From IMG/VR virus record IMGVR_UViG_3300029893_000475, positions 1-62,553 of that record: DNA of 62,553 nucleotides; one strand, 5' to 3'. Source of the DNA: a virus (taxonomy: Duplodnaviria > Caudoviricetes). A program made the position numbers and the translations under genes. Below, piece after piece: positions 57,952 to 62,553 of this stretch. The notes below the pieces were generated by a model that saw nothing but the letters and a program-made list of their open reading frames with translations, was not told where the DNA came from and did no database searches. Within the stretch, counting starts at the first letter, position 1. The number at the start of each line of letters is the position of its first letter.

Positions 57952-59763
57952 ATGGACTATTTAAAATTCAAAGAAATAACACAAAAATATAGAGAGGGCG
58001 ATACCTCTGAAGATATTATAGATTATATTAAGAATTTCTATAAAGAAAGAAAGGATGTTTGGTTAGATGACATTAATAATCCTTTGATTCAAGCAAGATT
58101 TAATTGGTTAAAAAATAAAATCACTAAGTATCAATATAATATATCTATATTAGACGTTGGAAGTTGGTCAGGTACTATAGCTAATAGTATATATTCCCTC
58201 GGTTATACGAATATTGATTGTTTAGAAATTTGTACGGCTGCATGTAAATTAGGCAAGGAAACTTTTCCACATCTGAATTTTTTAAATGAAGATGTGTATA
58301 CGTTCAAAACAGAAAAAAAGTATGATATTATTATATTATCAGAAATACTTGAACATTTACATAATCCTATAAATATTATAAAAAAATATCAAAATATGCT
58401 AACTGATAATGGAATATTATTAATAACCATACCAACACCACAATCTGTGTTCAAAACTAACTCTAGTGAACATATAACATTTTTAAAACTAGAAGAATTA
58501 GAAAAATTTGGTTTAGTTGATTATATACGTTATGACGATGTTTGGAGTTGGTATGCTGTTTCTATATCTCCGGAATCAAAATATAAAAAACATCTTACTT
58601 GGCGATTTCATTTACTAGGTTTTCCGAACTATAAAATAGGTTGGGAAAAAGCTCCTAACAATCCATTTAATACCAAACTTATTTATCTTGCTAAAATGCT
58701 AAAAGATCTAGGTCATGAAGTGTTGTGCTACGGTGTGGAGGGATCTGATACTGAGTATATTGATAAATTTATACCAGTAGTATCTAATACAACCTTTGAA
58801 AAATTATATGGAAATAGAGATTATAATGCACTGGATAATTTACAAGAGGAAGCAGGACCTGCTTTTGACGAATTTAATCGAAACAGTATAAAAGAGATCG
58901 AAAAAAATATCCAAAATCCCGGTAAAGAATTTTTGATAAATTTTATGGGTTATATTTATAAACCTATTACTGATCATTTTAAAGACAAATTAATTTCATT
59001 AGAACCAGGTATTGGCCATAATGGCAGTTATTTACAAAACAGAGTATTTGAATCTTATGCTTGGCAAAACCATGTTTATGGAAAAGAGTGTCAACCTAGA
59101 CAAAGCTATTTTCCAAATATGTATGATACAGTTATACCTGCTTATTTTGATCCTAAGGATTATCCGTTTGTAAATAATAAATCCGATTACTATGTATATA
59201 TAGGACGTATTATTTGGGGCAAAGGTGTTTCTGTGGCCATAGATTTAACAAGAGAGTTAAATTCCAAGTTAATAGTTATTGGTGGAGGTAATATTAAAGA
59301 TGTTTTACCTCCTGATTATAATCAAAATTTAGATCATGTAATACAAACCGGAGTATTGTCTAAAAAAGATAAGGTTAAATATTTAGCTAATGCTAAAGGT
59401 TTAATATATTTTAGTTTATACGTAGAACCTTTTGGTCATGCTCCTATAGAAGCTATGCTGTGCGGTACTCCAGTAATAACAAGTGATTTTGGTGCATTTA
59501 CAGAAACAGTTATTAATGGTATAACAGGTTATAGAGTTAATACATTTAATGAATTATATTGGGCTGCCAAATATTTAGAAAAATTGAATCCTACTAAGAT
59601 CAGGGAGTATGCTATAAATAATTATGGATTAGATAATATAAAGTACAAATATCAAGAATATTTTACAAAGTTATATAATTTATATACTGGAAACGGGTGG
59701 TATTATTTAGATAAAACTTTTCCTATAAATTTAAATCATTTAACCAAATTTATTCCATGTTAA
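57952..59763 (+). CDS. SAM methyltransferase - GT4 (GT-B) glycosyltransferase fusion
   Basis: N-terminal ILDVGSWSG and YDIIILSEILEHL; C-terminal YIGRIIWGKG and EPFGHAPIEAMLCGTPVI. Confidence 0.85.
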   Translation: MDYLKFKEITQKYREGDTSEDIIDYIKNFYKERKDVWLDDINNPLIQARFNWLKNKITKYQYNISILDVGSWSGTIANSIYSLGYTNIDCLEICTAACKLGKETFPHLNFLNEDVYTFKTEKKYDIIILSEILEHLHNPINIIKKYQNMLTDNGILLITIPTPQSVFKTNSSEHITFLKLEELEKFGLVDYIRYDDVWSWYAVSISPESKYKKHLTWRFHLLGFPNYKIGWEKAPNNPFNTKLIYLAKMLKDLGHEVLCYGVEGSDTEYIDKFIPVVSNTTFEKLYGNRDYNALDNLQEEAGPAFDEFNRNSIKEIEKNIQNPGKEFLINFMGYIYKPITDHFKDKLISLEPGIGHNGSYLQNRVFESYAWQNHVYGKECQPRQSYFPNMYDTVIPAYFDPKDYPFVNNKSDYYVYIGRIIWGKGVSVAIDLTRELNSKLIVIGGGNIKDVLPPDYNQNLDHVIQTGVLSKKDKVKYLANAKGLIYFSLYVEPFGHAPIEAMLCGTPVITSDFGAFTETVINGITGYRVNTFNELYWAAKYLEKLNPTKIREYAINNYGLDNIKYKYQEYFTKLYNLYTGNGWYYLDKTFPINLNHLTKFIPC

Positions 59764-61817
59764 ATAAAATAGCTATATTAATAATAACTTATAAAACTTA
59801 TGAATTAACTGAAAAATTGGTTAATCAACTAAATTATTATAATTCTGATTTATATAATTTGACCATAGTTGACAATAGTGAAAATAATTTAGGATTCGAC
59901 CAAACAGTTATTAAATGGATAAACGAAAAAAAATCAGAAGATTATTTAGGATATTGGGTAATTAATAATGATATAGAACTAGATCTAAATCAAAATTATT
60001 TACAAAAATTTATTGAATATATAAAATTGGATGATAATATTGGTCTCATTTCAACAAAAATAACGGATGAGCTTCCTTATATAATACCACAAAAATTCAA
60101 TTTTAGTGTTCCGATGTTAGTTAAATATGTTGATTTTCAAAGTAGTGTTATTACCAGACATTTAATTAATAAACTTGATTTTGACAATGCTTTTTATTTT
60201 TTTGGTGGCCTGGATTTAGATGTTACAACGTGTGCATTAGAAAACAATTTAGATATTGTAATAGATTATAGATATACAGTACATCATAAATTTCATCAAT
60301 CATTTAACAAAAAAGAGCCTTTAGAAGATTTGTTTTTACATTTAACCAAATATAATATCAATATTGATAAAGGTTTAACTTTTGATGAAATTAATGGTTT
60401 ATTAATCTCAGATTGTTTAGTTAAAAGATATCCAAAACTTTTGGCTAGGCCACAAAACACAATATTAGAAAAATGTACGAGTTATAAACAAGATTTAATG
60501 AATGCACATGTATTAAATTATGCTGAACAACGATTTATTAAAGGACTTAGTTTTTACAATAATGCTGCTTATGAAGCATCAAAACAATATTTTAAACAAG
60601 CTTTTTGTGCTGGATATACAGAAGCTGTTTCTTATTTAATAGGTGCTGCTAATTTTACTTCTAATTTTACAGATATAGCAAGCTTTCTAAATACATACGT
60701 TGATCGTAATTCATATGAAATTGAAAGACAATCCTATGAGTATGTGAAAACTCAGGAAGAACATTTTAATATTACATACAATAATCAAAAAACTTATGTA
60801 TTTTATGTAAAACCAGACGCCGGACATCAATGGGACCCTCTACATACAGATGTAGGAGTAGGAGGTTCAGAAATTGCTGTAATTAATTTAAGTAGAGAGT
60901 TAGCAAATTTGGGTCAGAAAGTTTTTGTTTTTAATAATTGCAAACAGCCGGGAACTTATAATAATGTAGTTTGGGATAATATAGAAAATTTTGATGTTTT
61001 TGAAAAAAATACTCATATTGATATTTTAATAGTGTCTAGACTACCTGAATTTCGTTTTATACAGCCTAATGCAAAAGTTTATTTTTGGGCGCATGATTTA
61101 AATTATTATGAAAGAATAACGCCATCAAATTGGCAATATTTTGACAAATTTTTAGTATTATCTAGATATCATTATAGGTTTTTTTCAAATGCCTATCCAT
61201 GGATACCGAAAGAAAATTTTGAAATTTTACCTAATGGTGTTGATTTGAAAAGATTTGAATCTACAGTTTGCAGAAATAACAAAAAATTAATATATTCAAG
61301 TAATCCTGATAGGGGTTTAGTTATTTTATTTGATATATTTGAAGAGCTGCATAAATGGGACCCTGAGTTAGAATTACATGTATTTGGCTATTACCCCGAT
61401 AATGTAAGAAAACATCCTACTTATTGGAGAGAATTACCTGGAGTTATTTATAGAGGTTATCATAACCAGGAAGATTTAGCAAAAGAATATTTATCTAGCA
61501 AGTTATGGTTATATCCATGTACATGGCTTGAAACATATTGTATTACAGCTTTAGAAGCTCAAGCAGCTGGAACTCCGGCTGTAGTTAGTGATTGGGGACC
61601 TTTAAGAGATAGAGTGGGTAATGCCGGAATTGTTATAGAAGGTTTTGAAAAAAATTTAATACATAAAAATAAATTTATAGAAGCTGTAAAATTATTATTA
61701 ACCGATGATAAATTGTGGAACGAATTTTCAGTAAATGGTAGAAATCAAGCTATGTTTTCAACTTGGAAAAATTCTGCTTTAAGATTAATAGAAATAAGCA
61801 ATAAATGCCTATATTAA
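59757..61817 (+). CDS. GT2-like plus GT4 bifunctional glycosyltransferase
   Basis: N-terminal IVDNS..NLGF, INNDIE (GT-A); C-terminal GGSEIAV, PNGVD, YSSNPDRGL, ETYCITALEAQAAGTP (GT-B). Confidence 0.82.
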   Translation: MLNKIAILIITYKTYELTEKLVNQLNYYNSDLYNLTIVDNSENNLGFDQTVIKWINEKKSEDYLGYWVINNDIELDLNQNYLQKFIEYIKLDDNIGLISTKITDELPYIIPQKFNFSVPMLVKYVDFQSSVITRHLINKLDFDNAFYFFGGLDLDVTTCALENNLDIVIDYRYTVHHKFHQSFNKKEPLEDLFLHLTKYNINIDKGLTFDEINGLLISDCLVKRYPKLLARPQNTILEKCTSYKQDLMNAHVLNYAEQRFIKGLSFYNNAAYEASKQYFKQAFCAGYTEAVSYLIGAANFTSNFTDIASFLNTYVDRNSYEIERQSYEYVKTQEEHFNITYNNQKTYVFYVKPDAGHQWDPLHTDVGVGGSEIAVINLSRELANLGQKVFVFNNCKQPGTYNNVVWDNIENFDVFEKNTHIDILIVSRLPEFRFIQPNAKVYFWAHDLNYYERITPSNWQYFDKFLVLSRYHYRFFSNAYPWIPKENFEILPNGVDLKRFESTVCRNNKKLIYSSNPDRGLVILFDIFEELHKWDPELELHVFGYYPDNVRKHPTYWRELPGVIYRGYHNQEDLAKEYLSSKLWLYPCTWLETYCITALEAQAAGTPAVVSDWGPLRDRVGNAGIVIEGFEKNLIHKNKFIEAVKLLLTDDKLWNEFSVNGRNQAMFSTWKNSALRLIEISNKCLY

Positions 61818-62553
61818 AAAAACAAGAAGAAGGTTTCTTTTTAAAAAGAAAATTACCTAGTGAGGGTACTACAGGATACTGTGGACCTGTAGGGGTATGT
61901 GGTCCTGTAGGTTTTTGTGGAACAAGAGGTTGGTGTGGACCACAAGGTTATTGTGGTCCATCCGGTCTATGCGGTTTACAAGGTCTTTGTGGTCCTCAAG
62001 GATATTGTGGTCCTCAAGGATATTGTGGTCCATCAGGCATGTGTGGACTACAGGGACCTACAGGATTTTGTGGGCCTACTGGCTATTGTGGTCCCACAGG
62101 TTTCTGTGGTCCATCGGGTCCGTGCGGTTTGCAAGGTGTATCTGGTTTTTGTGGTCCAGCAGGTTATTGTGGTCCGATAGGATTCTGTGGTCCATCGGGT
62201 CCGTGCGGTTTGCAAGGTGTATCTGGTTTTTGTGGTCCAGCAGGTTATTGTGGTCCGATAGGCTTCTGTGGTCCATCAGGTCCATGCGGTTTGCAAGGTG
62301 TATCTGGTTTTTGTGGTCCAGCAGGTTATTGTGGTCCGATAGGCTTCTGTGGTCCATCGGGTCCGTGCGGTTTGCAAGGTGTATCTGGTTTTTGCGGTCT
62401 AGCAGGTTATTGTGGTCCGATAGGCTTCTGTGGTCCATCGGGTCCATGCGGTTTGCAAGGTGTATCTGGTTTTTGTGGTCCAGCAGGTTATTGTGGTCCG
62501 ATAGGCTTCTGTGGTCCATCAGGTCCATGCGGTTTGCAAGGTGTATCTGGTTT
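61805..62553 (+). CDS. cysteine-rich collagen-like protein, 3'-truncated by the window end (absent from the ORF track)
   Basis: ATG at 61805 overlaps the end of the GT gene; MPILKKQEEGFFLKRKLPSE is followed by uninterrupted Gly-X-Y from 61865 to the window end (GTT GYC GPV GVC GPV GFC ...), with no stop. Confidence 0.88.
   Translation, partial: MPILKKQEEGFFLKRKLPSEGTTGYCGPVGVCGPVGFCGTRGWCGPQGYCGPSGLCGLQGLCGPQGYCGPQGYCGPSGMCGLQGPTGFCGPTGYCGPTGFCGPSGPCGLQGVSGFCGPAGYCGPIGFCGPSGPCGLQGVSGFCGPAGYCGPIGFCGPSGPCGLQGVSGFCGPAGYCGPIGFCGPSGPCGLQGVSGFCGLAGYCGPIGFCGPSGPCGLQGVSGFCGPAGYCGPIGFCGPSGPCGLQGVSG
62099..62553 (+). repeat. 81-bp tandem repeat, 5 full copies plus 1 partial
   Basis: Units start at 62099, 62180, 62261, 62342, 62423 and 62504, encoding GFCGPSGPCGLQGVSGFCGPAGYCGPI with mostly synonymous differences. 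Confidence 0.92.

Noticed and set aside
61917-62528. Track ORFs 61917..62180 (+) and 62076..62528 (-) with repetitive translations
   Set aside because: Shadow frames of the collagen-like gene starting at 61805, whose Gly-X-Y frame has mostly synonymous third-position variation.
62099-62553. Tandem repeat as a possible CRISPR array
   Set aside because: Units are contiguous 81-bp coding repeats without unique spacers, and no cas genes are present.
1-62553. Stop-codon reassignment, tRNA genes, integrase or diversity-generating retroelement
   Set aside because: Genes are full length in code 11 with TAA, TAG and TGA all used as stops. Intergenic gaps are short with no cloverleaf seen by eye, and no integrase or reverse transcriptase is present. 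A tRNAscan run would be needed to be certain.

Overview
Fragment of a large, very AT-rich lytic myovirus (jumbo-phage-like) genome in standard code 11, densely coding. It has three blocks. (1) 1-3606 (+): virion genes ending in tail sheath and tail tube. (2) 3640-29323 (-): a 25.7-kb opposite-strand block with dNMP kinase, family A DNA polymerase, RpoD-like sigma, a ubiquitin-like cassette (Ubl ending in GG, JAB peptidase, E1/ThiF enzyme, 699-aa partner), class II RNR, dUTPase, RecU, a 10-gene nucleotide-sugar/glycosyltransferase/methyltransferase cluster, Sak4/SSB-type recombination genes, exonucleases, a degenerate CCA-adding/HD protein, peptide deformylase and an SF2 helicase. (3) 29465-62553 (+): tail assembly chaperone with a -1 programmed frameshift, tape measure, baseplate, a second sigma factor, tail fibres, a 1763-aa beta-helix/Ig adhesin, two fused glycosyltransferases and a cysteine-rich collagen-like ORF that runs off the window and is missing from the ORF track. 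The main candidates for new biology are a phage-encoded ubiquitin-like conjugation system and a phage-encoded virion glycosylation system, with Ser-Gly-rich structural proteins and a Gly-X-Cys collagen as possible acceptors. All product calls come from motif recognition by eye; no database searches were run.
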